Source: a virus
DNA length: 64,000 nucleotides
IMG/VR virus record: IMGVR_UViG_3300032323_000939
Span: 31,506 to 95,505 of that record
Strand: one strand, 5' to 3'
A model generated the notes under the pieces. That model did not search any database. It saw only the letters and a list, made by a program, of their open reading frames with translations, and was not told the DNA's origin. Below, piece after piece: positions 10,037 through 19,180 of this stretch; within the stretch, counting starts at the first letter, position 1, and the number at the start of each line of letters is the position of its first letter. The translations under genes were made by a program, and so were the position numbers.

Positions 10037-11539
10037 TTAGTTCAAAGTCTTTTGACTTAGATCGATGACAATGAACTCTGCTGGGTATTGAAGAGCAACA
10101 CCAACCTCTATGTGTACTTCTCCATTTGCAATTTGTTGTGCGTTATTGTTTTCATTATCGCACTTTACAAAGTAAGCCTGTGAAGCAGTTGCTCCACGAA
10201 GACCGCCTTGATTACGGTATTCATTTAAGAATGAACCAAGACTTGTACGAATCTGTGCCCATAGACGCTCATCGTTATTTTCAAAGATTGCGAATTCAGT
10301 AAGATTCTGTAGTTGCTTACGGATGTAGATTAATGAACGACGCATGTTTACATACTTGTTAGCAGTTCCATCTTGCTTCAAAGTACGAGCACCCATCACT
10401 GAAAGACCAGCACCAGGAATCTGGCGAATTGGGTTTACTGGTGATGTGCTTGCGTTCATTGTGTCTAACTCAGTAGATGTGAATGACTTCTCAACTGCAA
10501 CAACTCCTAGTAATGAGGTTGTAATACCAGCAGGGGCTTTGAATACGCCTCTGTTAGCATCAGTTGTTAAGTACAAGCCAGTTACTGCACCTGCTGGGCC
10601 AATCTTACGAAGAGCGCCAGTTCCACGGCCAATTGGATCAGCAATGAAAACAGGTGGGTAGTAGACAGCGGCATGACTTGAGTCAGTTAAACTTCCCGCA
10701 AATGAAACAGCGTTAGCCACTGTTAAATCTGGATCAGTGTCAATAACTACAAATCCTTCATTGCTTTCAGCCCAAGATGTAGCAGCGTCAAATACTGAAA
10801 CTGTTCCAGAGGCTAGTGCGTTTGCTGCTGGTATAAACAGAACTAGTGCACGGTTTAAAGAGGATAGTCTTTCAAATACAGAAGAAGCAGTTCCCTTGTA
10901 AGCAGTGTAGTCAGTAGATGCTGTTGCAGTTCCATTAGATCCACCAGTTAGTGGATAGGTTGCTGAAACAATTGTTCCTGAAGTAGACGCACTGATAGAG
11001 ATGTTTGGTGAAACTAAGTTAATAACAGTCTCAGCAAAATCACTTGATGTTGGATCGTTAAATACAACATTCTCATAACGCTCCAGAAGAACGTCATCAG
11101 TAATATCATTAGCAACACCTGACTCTTTGTAAAGAGTGAGTGTGTATGTGCTTGCAACACTACCTGCAGACACAACAACACGAAGGGTGTTGCCATCTGT
11201 TCCTGCATTCTTTGAGGTTACAGTTGCAACTACTGCGCTTCCAGAAGTTAATAGATCTACTGAAGCAGCATCTGCATCACTTGCTAGTAGGCGTTGAACA
11301 TATAGTTCACGTCCGCCATTAGCAAAGAAAGAGCCAACTTGGAAGGTGGCTGGATAGGAAGCGTTGTAGCCTCCAAAATTCTTAGTAAATTCATACCAAG
11401 ATGTAACAAGCGTTACTGATTCTGGGCCTTGTGCAAAAGGTGCAACAACTGCGCCAGCAGCATTTGCAGTAACTCCTGTTGGGAGTACTGCGGGTAGAAG
11501 GCGTTCACTGATGTAAACACCTGGACGGCTGTAAGCCAT
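10037..11539 (-). CDS. tail sheath protein
   Basis: 'YSRPGVYISE', 'FFANGG', 'RGVFKAPAG', 'GARTL...YVNMRR', 'FENNDERLW', 'PAEFIVI'. Confidence 0.95.
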   Translation of the reverse strand: MAYSRPGVYISERLLPAVLPTGVTANAAGAVVAPFAQGPESVTLVTSWYEFTKNFGGYNASYPATFQVGSFFANGGRELYVQRLLASDADAASVDLLTSGSAVVATVTSKNAGTDGNTLRVVVSAGSVASTYTLTLYKESGVANDITDDVLLERYENVVFNDPTSSDFAETVINLVSPNISISASTSGTIVSATYPLTGGSNGTATASTDYTAYKGTASSVFERLSSLNRALVLFIPAANALASGTVSVFDAATSWAESNEGFVVIDTDPDLTVANAVSFAGSLTDSSHAAVYYPPVFIADPIGRGTGALRKIGPAGAVTGLYLTTDANRGVFKAPAGITTSLLGVVAVEKSFTSTELDTMNASTSPVNPIRQIPGAGLSVMGARTLKQDGTANKYVNMRRSLIYIRKQLQNLTEFAIFENNDERLWAQIRTSLGSFLNEYRNQGGLRGATASQAYFVKCDNENNNAQQIANGEVHIEVGVALQYPAEFIVIDLSQKTLN

Positions 11540-11570
11540 GATTTCTCCTAACTAGATTGGTATGGGTTCC

Positions 11571-12230
11571 TTATTGTTCTACGATGAATGATTCGATAGC
11601 GGTAAAATCTGAACGACCAATTACTTGGCTTCCAGTTGTACCAGTGACGTTAATTTGTAGCGCTTTGTATACTTGGTTGTAGGTTTCTGGTGCAATCTCA
11701 CTTGAGACACGCACCGTTATTGCGTTTACGAATAAACGCTTTCCTTGCTCCGTGATATCTCTCTTAGAAATATCAAGGACATCTAGACGCCGAGTTGTAC
11801 CGTACACGGTATTCGGACCTGTTTCTAATACAGCAAATCGTAATGGAATTTTTGTGTAAAGAAGTTGTGACAGCAATTGACGATCATGCCTTGGTTGACG
11901 AGCATAGGTTGTAATTTGATAATCGATGTTTACTGGAATTGGCCAGTTAATATCCCAGTTTTCTGTTTCTGAATTATACCCACTAGTTGGATCTTGAAGA
12001 TATGCAGGCTTTACTCTTCCACGCATAGCACGAGGAATATCCTCAGAGATATCGATCATATCAATTGTTATGTATGGGTATGACTGATTACGAATTTCTT
12101 GATCAGGTTGACCAAACCATACGCCAACTGATCTGTTGGATACGTTATCAGTTACTGACTTTTGATCAGTCACATACATGTTTTTTAATAGATTTCTAAG
12201 TGCTTCATCTTCATCTAATAGGAATGACAT
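11571..12230 (-). CDS. tail terminator / sheath stabiliser-like protein
   Basis: 219 aa upstream of sheath; 'YPYITID', 'IDYQITTYARQPRHDRQL'. Confidence 0.6.
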   Translation of the reverse strand: MSFLLDEDEALRNLLKNMYVTDQKSVTDNVSNRSVGVWFGQPDQEIRNQSYPYITIDMIDISEDIPRAMRGRVKPAYLQDPTSGYNSETENWDINWPIPVNIDYQITTYARQPRHDRQLLSQLLYTKIPLRFAVLETGPNTVYGTTRRLDVLDISKRDITEQGKRLFVNAITVRVSSEIAPETYNQVYKALQINVTGTTGSQVIGRSDFTAIESFIVEQ

Positions 12231-12547
12231 TATCGGTTACCTAAATGTTTGGATGTTCGGCCAATTAAAAACTTTTCAGTTTCTTGTTGACGATTTTTAA
12301 ACCGTCTAATGGCAGCGGTAGGTTGGGTGCTTGGAGTTCCGTACTCAAGGTCCATAGCCTCAGCACGATGACTCTTGTGCACGTTAACTGAGAAGGAGCC
12401 CTTGTTATGAGTCACATTTAATCCTCTTACAATATGAGATGGCCATCCAGAAGCCTGTGCTTCAGAACGAAGGTGGGCAGACATCATCCGTGTTGTTTCA
12501 ACACTGGCTTTGTTTAGAGACTCTTTAAAGTTGTTTAGGTAGTTCAC
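12230..12547 (-). CDS. neck/tail completion protein
   Basis: 'AMDLEYGTPSTQP' resembles the HK97 gp10-like EYGT motif; synteny. Confidence 0.5.
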   Translation of the reverse strand: MNYLNNFKESLNKASVETTRMMSAHLRSEAQASGWPSHIVRGLNVTHNKGSFSVNVHKSHRAEAMDLEYGTPSTQPTAAIRRFKNRQQETEKFLIGRTSKHLGNR

Positions 12548-12738
12548 TTCTTTTTCTTCGCCTTCGACACAACCCTTGCTGCACCTAACGCATAGGCGGC
12601 AGTAGTACCAAGTATTAAGGCTGCGACGGCAGGACGCTTTTCTTTAGGGCGGAAACCAAACACACCCTTTATAAACTCTTCACGTTCATTCTGGTTGTTC
12701 ATTTCAGCAACTTGCTGATACCAAGGCTTATAAGCCAT
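12544..12738 (-). CDS. small hypothetical protein with C-terminal hydrophobic helix
   Basis: 64 aa ORF overlapping the next gene. Confidence 0.55.
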   Translation of the reverse strand: MAYKPWYQQVAEMNNQNEREEFIKGVFGFRPKEKRPAVAALILGTTAAYALGAARVVSKAKKKK

Positions 12739-12817
12739 AATAAATAACCCCTTTTTCGCAACCTGTGGGACAGTAGTCAGGCACCGCAGCGGTGTTCTGA
12801 TACAGCAATGATAAATG

Positions 12818-12841
12818 AAAAAGCCCCCTAGTTGGGGGCTT
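12818..12841 (-). terminator. rho-independent terminator after the basic micro-ORF chain
   Basis: minus strand AAGCCCCC-AACTA-GGGGGCTT followed by TTT. Confidence 0.75.
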
Positions 12842-12849
12842 AGTCATTA

Positions 12850-13098
12850 CTACTTTTTAAACTTCTTTTCTCTTTTGTCTTCAGCCTTCTCGCCCTTCTT
12901 ACCTTCTTTGGCTTCGTGCTTCTTAGACATAGATTTAATCTTTTTTACGTTAGCAACATCCATCTTGCGGTCATCCTCTTGGGACTTAGGCTTGCGATGC
13001 TTCTTATCCATCTTTTCAAACTTAGCCTTTTCCTCTTTGTCAAGACCTTTAGTGGTCTTGGCATCCTGCTTCTTGTCGGAGGCCTTGGTGTACTTCAT
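12850..13098 (-). CDS. small Lys-rich protein
   Basis: 82 aa, very K/D/E-rich, TAATG-coupled to upstream ORF. Confidence 0.7.
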   Translation of the reverse strand: MKYTKASDKKQDAKTTKGLDKEEKAKFEKMDKKHRKPKSQEDDRKMDVANVKKIKSMSKKHEAKEGKKGEKAEDKREKKFKK

Positions 13099-13235
13099 TA
13101 CATGCCCTTCTTACGAGGAAGCATGTTTTTGGTTTTACCCTTTTTTAAGGCTTTAAAATCAGCGCCAGTAATTTTATTTGTTGGCTTTGCAGCACTAGCA
13201 ATCTTCATCTGCTTAGGTGTAAGGTCTTTCTTCAT
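13098..13235 (-). CDS. small basic protein, 45 aa
   Basis: MKKDLTPKQMKIASAAKPTNKITGADFKALKKGKTKNMLPRKKGM; TAATG overlaps at both ends. Confidence 0.7.
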   Translation of the reverse strand: MKKDLTPKQMKIASAAKPTNKITGADFKALKKGKTKNMLPRKKGM

Positions 13236-13300
13236 TATTTACCTTTCTGGCAAGTAGGGCACTTGCACTTGCAGTTCTTCATAGTGCATTTAAGGGCCAT
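13235..13300 (-). CDS. Cys-rich micropeptide, 21 aa
   Basis: MALKCTMKNCKCKCPTCQKGK; TAATG overlaps at both ends. Confidence 0.6.
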   Translation of the reverse strand: MALKCTMKNCKCKCPTCQKGK

Positions 13301-13416
13301 TATTTTTTGTCCTTTTTCTTATCTGTCTTCTTTTTAGCATACTTTTTGTTAGCAGCGGCTAGAGTCTTTTCTCCGTGTTTATCTTTTGGCTTCATACAGC
13401 CACAGGTAGCGCACAT
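13300..13416 (-). CDS. MCATCGC-type Cys/Lys-rich micropeptide, 38 aa
   Basis: MCATCGCMKPKDKHGEKTLAAANKKYAKKKTDKKKDKK; TAATG coupled. Confidence 0.65.
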   Translation of the reverse strand: MCATCGCMKPKDKHGEKTLAAANKKYAKKKTDKKKDKK

Positions 13417-13505
13417 TATTTACCCTTTGGCTTTGGTTTGGCTTTTGGACCCTTACCGAATCCTGGTTGACCTTTTTTCTTACCGCATCCACATGTTGCA
13501 CACAT
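13416..13505 (-). CDS. MCATCGC-type Cys/Lys-rich micropeptide, 29 aa
   Basis: MCATCGCGKKKGQPGFGKGPKAKPKPKGK; AGGA RBS upstream, TAATG coupled downstream. Confidence 0.65.
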   Translation of the reverse strand: MCATCGCGKKKGQPGFGKGPKAKPKPKGK

Positions 13506-13514
13506 TGGCTTTTC

Positions 13515-13751
13515 CTATCTATGTCTTGCCGTTTTTTTGGCAATTGATTTGGGTTGTTTTACAAACTGCTTTCCCTTGCTATTGCCTTCTGCTTTAGCAC
13601 GGTTGGTCGCAGCCTTTTCTGAAGGAGTAAGAGTATCCCACGCTTTGTCTGGTAGGTAACGCTTTTTACCTTTAGATTCTTTGCCATCTGAAGTGCGCCA
13701 TTTTTCATTGCCCCACTTCTTTAGGGATTGTTGTGATTTAGCAAGAGCCAT
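13515..13751 (-). CDS. small basic protein (DUF5872-like, C-terminal half)
   Basis: 'QQSLKKW..EKWRTSDGK.SKGKKRYLPD.AW..L...EKAATNRAK...GKQFVKQPK'. Confidence 0.75.
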   Translation of the reverse strand: MALAKSQQSLKKWGNEKWRTSDGKESKGKKRYLPDKAWDTLTPSEKAATNRAKAEGNSKGKQFVKQPKSIAKKTARHR

Positions 13752-13948
13752 TACTTGTACCCTCCGCCTGCTTTCTTATATTCAGAAGCAAGAAGTTGAG
13801 CCTTACGAGCAGACCACTCTCCTGGATCTCCGCCTTTAGTTCCAGCCTTTATCTTCTTAAATAAACTCTTACGCATTCCAGGCTTGGTGTAATTACCAGC
13901 CTCATTTACTTTTGACTTTGGTTTTGCTGCTGCTTTTTTTGCTGCCAC
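13751..13948 (-). CDS. small basic protein (DUF5872-like, N-terminal half)
   Basis: 'NYTKPGMRK.LF.KIKAG.KGG.PGEWSARKAQLLA.EYKKAGGGYK'; GTG start at 13948 behind AAGGAG. Confidence 0.75.
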   Translation of the reverse strand: MAAKKAAAKPKSKVNEAGNYTKPGMRKSLFKKIKAGTKGGDPGEWSARKAQLLASEYKKAGGGYK

Positions 13949-14042
13949 TTTTTGCTCCTTTCGATGCTGGTACACAGTTAGGCACTCTCTTGCCATTCTT
14001 TATCTTAAAACCTTTTTGAACGTAACCTTCCCAACATGCCAT
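13902..14042 (-). CDS. small basic protein with CWxGY...VPNCV motif, 46 aa
   Basis: MACWEGYVQKGFKIKNGKRVPNCVPASKGAKSG...; TAATG-coupled start. Confidence 0.65.
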   Translation of the reverse strand: MACWEGYVQKGFKIKNGKRVPNCVPASKGAKSGSKKSSSKTKVKSK

Positions 14043-14272
14043 TACTTTTCCTTACCTTTATGGGGGTTGTTCTTGTGCCAATCCTTAACTGCTTTAACGC
14101 CCTGCTTAACTGTTTTAGATCCACCCTTTTTAGTTAGGTTTATCTTATCCCACTTACCTTGATCACCAGCGTGATCCACAATTACATCGCCTCTTTTATT
14201 CTTTTTAACAGTGTGCTTAGTGCCACCAGCCTTTAAAGTTTTTGGCTTCTCATCTTTCTTTTTGTTAACCAT
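14042..14272 (-). CDS. small basic protein
   Basis: 76 aa Lys-rich, coupled to neighbours. Confidence 0.7.
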   Translation of the reverse strand: MVNKKKDEKPKTLKAGGTKHTVKKNKRGDVIVDHAGDQGKWDKINLTKKGGSKTVKQGVKAVKDWHKNNPHKGKEK

Positions 14273-14454
14273 CAGGCTACCGACTTCTTATGTTTGTAAC
14301 GCATTGGGGCCTTTGGTCTTCTAATTACGCCACCTTTTTTTCGCTTTGGTTTAGCGCCACCAGACTCATATCTACTTTCAGCAATGTTTGTTTCAACATT
14401 CTTCTGAGGCTGTTTACCAGCCCTTGCACCAATTCCTGAACGACGTTTCTTCAT
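14272..14454 (-). CDS. small basic protein
   Basis: 60 aa Lys/Arg-rich, coupled to neighbours. Confidence 0.65.
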   Translation of the reverse strand: MKKRRSGIGARAGKQPQKNVETNIAESRYESGGAKPKRKKGGVIRRPKAPMRYKHKKSVA

Positions 14455-14630
14455 TACTTACTCTTCTTTTTCTTAGACATTCCCGCTTCGCTCATTGCAA
14501 TAGCAATTGCTTGTTTCTTTGATTTAACTACTGGGCCTTTTTTAGAGCCGCTATGAAGTTTTCCTTCTTTGTACTCTTTCATAACCTTCTCTACCTTACC
14601 CTTTTTAACAGCACTTGCTTTCTTAGCCAT
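14454..14630 (-). CDS. small basic protein (DUF6496-like), 58 aa
   Basis: MAKKASAVKKGKVEKVMKEYKEGKLHSGSKKGPVVKSKKQAIAIAMSEAGMSKKKKSK. Confidence 0.75.
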   Translation of the reverse strand: MAKKASAVKKGKVEKVMKEYKEGKLHSGSKKGPVVKSKKQAIAIAMSEAGMSKKKKSK

Positions 14631-14749
14631 TATTCCTCTTCCTCTTCGAACTCTTCATCAAAGGCATGATCATCATACTCTTTGTCATAGAATAGTATCT
14701 CATCTTCTTCAAAGAGATCTGGATCTAATTCAGACTCAAAATCTTCCAC
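14630..14749 (-). CDS. highly acidic peptide, 39 aa
   Basis: GTG start; MEDFESELDPDLFEEDEILFYDKEYDDHAFDEEFEEEEE (22/39 D+E); stop overlaps next ATG. Confidence 0.6.
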   Translation of the reverse strand: MEDFESELDPDLFEEDEILFYDKEYDDHAFDEEFEEEEE

Positions 14750-14755
14750 AATTTA

Positions 14756-15958
14756 TTACACTGGAAACACTAGACTAGAAAGCCAAGCAGAGGTTGAGTC
14801 AGGGGTAACATTCCCATTAGTGTAAACAGTGATGTGCGTTAACTCAGAGGTGCCAAATTTTTGAGCAGGAATTACAACATCTACAGTTGGTCTATACTCA
14901 ACTGGCAAATTAAACGCTGTAGAATTAGCAGTTCCACCAGATACATTTCCTCGTAAATAAACTACTCCATCTATTTTTTTATATGCTGGTGAGTTACCTC
15001 CTGTATAACTATTGCTAAAAGAAGAAATTGAAATCCAACCAGAATCTGTAGTTGCACCAGAAGGACCCTGTGTGCCTTGAGTGCCCTGTGCACCAGTTCC
15101 ACTAGCACCTTGTATACCGACTGTGCCTTGAATACCCTGTACTCCCTGAACGCCTTGTGCACCTTGTGCTACTGCGGAACCACTAAGTCCTTGAGCACCA
15201 TTAAATCCTTGGACTCCTTGAGAGCCATCTCTACCCTGAACTCCTTGAGCGCCTAATGTTCCTTGAGTTCCTTGTAATCCTTGTACACCAATGTTTCCTC
15301 TTGTACCTTGAACTCCTTGTGCAGCAAATGCACCGTCTAATCCTTGAGTTCCTAGGGCACCTTGCACACCTTGAGTACCACGAGTTCCTTGTGTACCTTG
15401 AATTCCATCATTACCAACGGTGCCCTGAATACCTTGTGCACCTTGTGCACCAACAGTTCCAGTTCTACCTTGAACACCCTGCGTCCCTTGGGAACCAGTT
15501 GCACCTTGAGCGCCAGTTAATCCCTGTGCACCACGGGTGCCTTGCACACCTTGAGTTCCTGTAGCACCTTGTGTACCAGTATCGCCCTTAGTTCCTTGTA
15601 CGCCTTGAGCGCCAGTAGATCCCTGCGTACCAAGTGCTCCTTGAGATCCAAGTGTGCCCTGTGCGCCAACAGTTCCTTGCGTGCCCTGTGAACCAGTCGC
15701 ACCAGTAGATCCCTGTGTTCCTAACAATCCCTGTGTACCTTGTGATCCTGCAGTACCTGCAGTGCCTTGTGTACCTGCCCCAGTTGCACCACGAGAACCT
15801 TGTACACCAGTTCTACCTTGCACACCTTGCGGTCCTTGAATGCCTTGAAGAGTTGCGTCTGTTTCAATTCCTTGAACTCTTGTATTTAAATTATCTAATG
15901 CAGCATTTAAAGTAACATCCCAATTATTTGCACCTCTAACTGGCTTAACAAATGTCAT
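14756..15958 (-). CDS. collagen-like fibre protein (Gly-X-Gln repeats)
   Basis: long (GxQ)n run; C-terminal 'AYKKIDGVVYLRG...FNLP.EYRP' fibre domain. Confidence 0.85.
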   Translation of the reverse strand: MTFVKPVRGANNWDVTLNAALDNLNTRVQGIETDATLQGIQGPQGVQGRTGVQGSRGATGAGTQGTAGTAGSQGTQGLLGTQGSTGATGSQGTQGTVGAQGTLGSQGALGTQGSTGAQGVQGTKGDTGTQGATGTQGVQGTRGAQGLTGAQGATGSQGTQGVQGRTGTVGAQGAQGIQGTVGNDGIQGTQGTRGTQGVQGALGTQGLDGAFAAQGVQGTRGNIGVQGLQGTQGTLGAQGVQGRDGSQGVQGFNGAQGLSGSAVAQGAQGVQGVQGIQGTVGIQGASGTGAQGTQGTQGPSGATTDSGWISISSFSNSYTGGNSPAYKKIDGVVYLRGNVSGGTANSTAFNLPVEYRPTVDVVIPAQKFGTSELTHITVYTNGNVTPDSTSAWLSSLVFPV

Positions 15959-15970
15959 TAGATACCTTTC

Positions 15971-16564
15971 CTAAACTCCATAAGTTTCACTACCAAATTC
16001 GCCCTCACCAAATCCATCATTAACTGTAAGTGGAGAGTACTCACCGTTAAACTGTGGATCATTAACCAATTCTTCTGGGTTAACTTGATTACAGTCAATA
16101 GTTACTACCGCATAATTCTCAGCGTAATGACCACGAGGAAGGACACGAGTAGGAACAAAGACTATATCTTGATAAACAATTCTATCTTTTATATGGTCAT
16201 TTGGATTGGTAAGCATGCTAGGCACTAACCTGTTTAAATCCGCAACGCTAATAACTAAACGCAAGGTATCGACGGTGTAGAAACCTCGTTCGTTCATGAC
16301 GTTGGTACCACGAATAACCTGAGCCAGAATTACAGGCATCTTAAATGAATCGTTCCATCGGCGGCCCTTGCCATCTGTCTGATTTGATACATCGTAAATT
16401 GGGTCTACGTAGTTGTCGTAATCAGCGACTAATGCGGCATCGTCCCAAACCCACCAGTCAACCTCAGTACCAACGGGATCACGAAGTTCGTCAACGATGC
16501 CTTCATCAATTGACTTGTTCTCAAAGGGGATCTTAAATCTTCCCTGAACTTTAGTTCCACGCAT
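15971..16564 (-). CDS. head-tail joining / head closure protein
   Basis: 197 aa in structural operon; 'DPIYDV...GRRW', 'NERGFYTVDTL', 'KDRIVY...F.PTRV'. Confidence 0.55.
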   Translation of the reverse strand: MRGTKVQGRFKIPFENKSIDEGIVDELRDPVGTEVDWWVWDDAALVADYDNYVDPIYDVSNQTDGKGRRWNDSFKMPVILAQVIRGTNVMNERGFYTVDTLRLVISVADLNRLVPSMLTNPNDHIKDRIVYQDIVFVPTRVLPRGHYAENYAVVTIDCNQVNPEELVNDPQFNGEYSPLTVNDGFGEGEFGSETYGV

Positions 16565-16608
16565 AGAGGGTATTGTCCCTTATGAAGGCTAGGAATAAAG
16601 GATAAAAA

Positions 16609-17304
16609 TTAAGCCTTGCTATTCCAGTATAGGTTGTAGTAATCGGCGTTTAATTGGAACCTTTTTATGTGGGTTGCAATCGCTCCAGTATGGGCATGCA
16701 AAGGAATTCCTACTTTTTTTAACTTTCTAAAAAAGGACACATCTTCACTTATAAACTCGTCCCCTACACCTACTTGTTCAGCAAACAACGATTCATTCGG
16801 GTACTTATTTTTTAGTTTTTCAATAATTGATTTATGCATTAATACCAGTCCCATTCCAGCAGAATCGCATCTAATAACTTGGTTTTGTGGTAGTGGGTGA
16901 ATAAACTCTACTTGAAAAGTATTTTCTTCAACATCGTTAAAAACAACTGGGTAAGGAACCATTAACGATCCATCTAATTCTTTTGATACAAAATAAACAC
17001 CAGTTATAACTGGATGCGTATCTTTGTCTGCAACATCCCAAAGTTTTTGTAGTACATCAATTGTTACACAGATATCCGAGTCTACCCACAGTAACCAATC
17101 ACTCTTTAAAGTATTTGACCAATAATCAAAAAGAACTTGACGTTGCCTTCCTATTTGGTTTCCTTCAACACGAACTGAAGATGAAATATGTATTCCATTT
17201 TTAGGACCAGAAACTAGAGCACCTACAATTCCATCTGTAAATCTACCATCAGTTGTCCCATTATCGCACCAACCAATAGAGACTTTTTCATTGTTTTCTA
17301 TCAT
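16609..17304 (-). CDS. glycosyltransferase (GT-A / GT2-like)
   Basis: 'WLLWVDSD' DxD motif, 'SAGMGLVLMHKS', 'ISEDVSFF', 'HTGAIATH'; start at ATG 17304 behind AAGGAG. Confidence 0.75.
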   Translation of the reverse strand: MIENNEKVSIGWCDNGTTDGRFTDGIVGALVSGPKNGIHISSSVRVEGNQIGRQRQVLFDYWSNTLKSDWLLWVDSDICVTIDVLQKLWDVADKDTHPVITGVYFVSKELDGSLMVPYPVVFNDVEENTFQVEFIHPLPQNQVIRCDSAGMGLVLMHKSIIEKLKNKYPNESLFAEQVGVGDEFISEDVSFFRKLKKVGIPLHAHTGAIATHIKRFQLNADYYNLYWNSKA

Positions 17305-17305
17305 T

Positions 17306-17986
17306 TTAGTTGAACTCCTTACGAGTCCAAAACATTGTTTTATATTTATCAAAAAATTTTGTAACTAATATACTAGTTACTTTATTCTGTTCTTTTATTT
17401 CTTTTTCAAATCCTAGTTTTATTTGCCATTTGTCTCTTTTAAAAGGTATAACTTGTGCTATTGGAGTTCCTTTTGGAATGAGTCCTTCAAAGTTAGGATC
17501 ATTAACAATAAAAGGAAAATTAACTGGAGCAGTATAAGTATCCGTATCTACAATTCCTGGAAGAATAGTAAATACTGCTTCTCTGTGCATTGGTTGGGTA
17601 AATAAAGTTGAATATCCTTTAGGAGTTTTAACAGCCCAAGGGTTCATCCATTTAGGATAAGCGTGTTGATTACGTGCTGGATGGTTAGGCGCTTGTTCAA
17701 TTGGGTGGAAACTTATAAGCCCCAAAGAAGACCATTCAAAAAATTGAATACTTTCTTTAAGACTTACGTATACATCAGCAGGTGAAGTAATGATATACCC
17801 AGCAGTTATAGCATCAAATACTGGTATACAACGTTTTATTGTAGCATCAGTAGCGCCTGCACCAGTTGGTTTTTTAATGTTGCCAATATAAGATTTAGTG
17901 TCTTTGTACCAATCTGGTGTAAATTTGGAAGCAGGTTGTGGCTGTTCTATGTCCACACCAGATGTGTTAGTAAATGTGATCTCCAT
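17306..17986 (-). CDS. conserved phage protein (DUF6065-like)
   Basis: 'PDWYK', 'TIKRCIPVFDAITAGYI', 'KTPKGYSTLF', 'PGIVDTD', 'KGTPIAQVIPFKR'. Confidence 0.6.
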   Translation of the reverse strand: MEITFTNTSGVDIEQPQPASKFTPDWYKDTKSYIGNIKKPTGAGATDATIKRCIPVFDAITAGYIITSPADVYVSLKESIQFFEWSSLGLISFHPIEQAPNHPARNQHAYPKWMNPWAVKTPKGYSTLFTQPMHREAVFTILPGIVDTDTYTAPVNFPFIVNDPNFEGLIPKGTPIAQVIPFKRDKWQIKLGFEKEIKEQNKVTSILVTKFFDKYKTMFWTRKEFN

Positions 17987-18076
17987 GTTACGCCTCGTTA
18001 CTAATTGATGATTGTTGTATCTTATAACATCAAAAAGAATTTTGGCAAACTTTTATATGCGTTACTTTTAAATTGG

Positions 18077-18424
18077 TTATTCTATTTCTTTCCAATTTAC
18101 GTCTTCTTCTGACCAATCATATCTTTTTCCATCAGTAGGGTAACTAATAGGTGGCACCCAATTACATGTTGTTTCATCTAATACTGATGATGGATAAGGT
18201 TTTGGTCCAATAAACGCATCTCTTTCTTCATCGTACGTAAAACCAATTCCAGCATAATTTTTACGAAACCCATTAGTTGCGGCATTGTAGGATGTTTTTA
18301 CCCACCTGCCACCAAGATTATTGACTAACCAGGAGTAACCCTCATCACCAGCAGGGTCATTGTTATCCCCAACAAGAACTCGGATAACTTTGTTATCAGC
18401 GTCTAATTCAGCCCAATGTGACAT
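18077..18424 (-). CDS. fibre-associated hypothetical protein
   Basis: 'HWAELD..NKVIRV.V', 'W.KTSYN...FRKNYAGIG.TYD..RDAFI.PKPYPS'; type usually next to Gly-rich fibre genes. Confidence 0.65.
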   Translation of the reverse strand: MSHWAELDADNKVIRVLVGDNNDPAGDEGYSWLVNNLGGRWVKTSYNAATNGFRKNYAGIGFTYDEERDAFIGPKPYPSSVLDETTCNWVPPISYPTDGKRYDWSEEDVNWKEIE

Positions 18425-18445
18425 TTTATCTCTTTTCTCTCTGTG

Positions 18446-19162
18446 TTATTCAAACCAAGTAACAAAACATACGCCAGACCCACCAGCACCACCATTACCA
18501 CCACTACCATCACTAGAGCCACCACCGCCGCCTCCGCCACCAACGTTTACAGATCCTGACGCAGCATTTTCACCCTCTCCACCATCTCCCCCACCAGCGG
18601 CACCAGGAGTTAATCTTCTTCCAACGCTATTGGTTCCGTACCAACCCCCTACACCACCACCGCCACCAAACCCAAAACCTCCAGGTTGACCAGGAGTTGG
18701 ATCAAAAGAATAACTAAGGTTACCAGTTTGCGCAGTTGAGTCTGATACTCCACCTCTTCCAGAACCTTCAGGAACAGAAAGAGTTCCACCTTGGATTGTC
18801 CCACCTTCTGAAGTTAGCAAGTTACCAAAACTAGAAGCACCACCTGAATTTGGTGCAGATCCGCCACCTCTAACACCACCAGTACCACCAGCACCAATTG
18901 TCACAGTTACATTTCCAGATGCAATTTCAAAACTTCTATTTTTAACTGCTCCACCAGAACCGCCAGAAGCGCCTTGCGATTGACTAAAGTTTGCTTGTCT
19001 ACCACCAGCACCGCCACCTACTAATAATACTTCAACACTTCCACCGTAATTAGATACAGTTGGTACAGCGAATGTTCCACTGGCATTAAAGACCTGCTGT
19101 TTTTTTGAACGCACTCCACCACCACCACCTGCTGATGGAATTGGAAATACTGAAAGTCCCAT
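18446..19162 (-). CDS. glycine-rich fibre/receptor-binding protein, paralog 2
   Basis: 'F..SGTF..P...VEVLLVGGGAGG...GG.GGSGVC.VTWFE'. Confidence 0.75.
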   Translation of the reverse strand: MGLSVFPIPSAGGGGGVRSKKQQVFNASGTFAVPTVSNYGGSVEVLLVGGGAGGRQANFSQSQGASGGSGGAVKNRSFEIASGNVTVTIGAGGTGGVRGGGSAPNSGGASSFGNLLTSEGGTIQGGTLSVPEGSGRGGVSDSTAQTGNLSYSFDPTPGQPGGFGFGGGGGVGGWYGTNSVGRRLTPGAAGGGDGGEGENAASGSVNVGGGGGGGGSSDGSGGNGGAGGSGVCFVTWFE

Positions 19163-19180
19163 AATGTGTTTTATCCTTTT

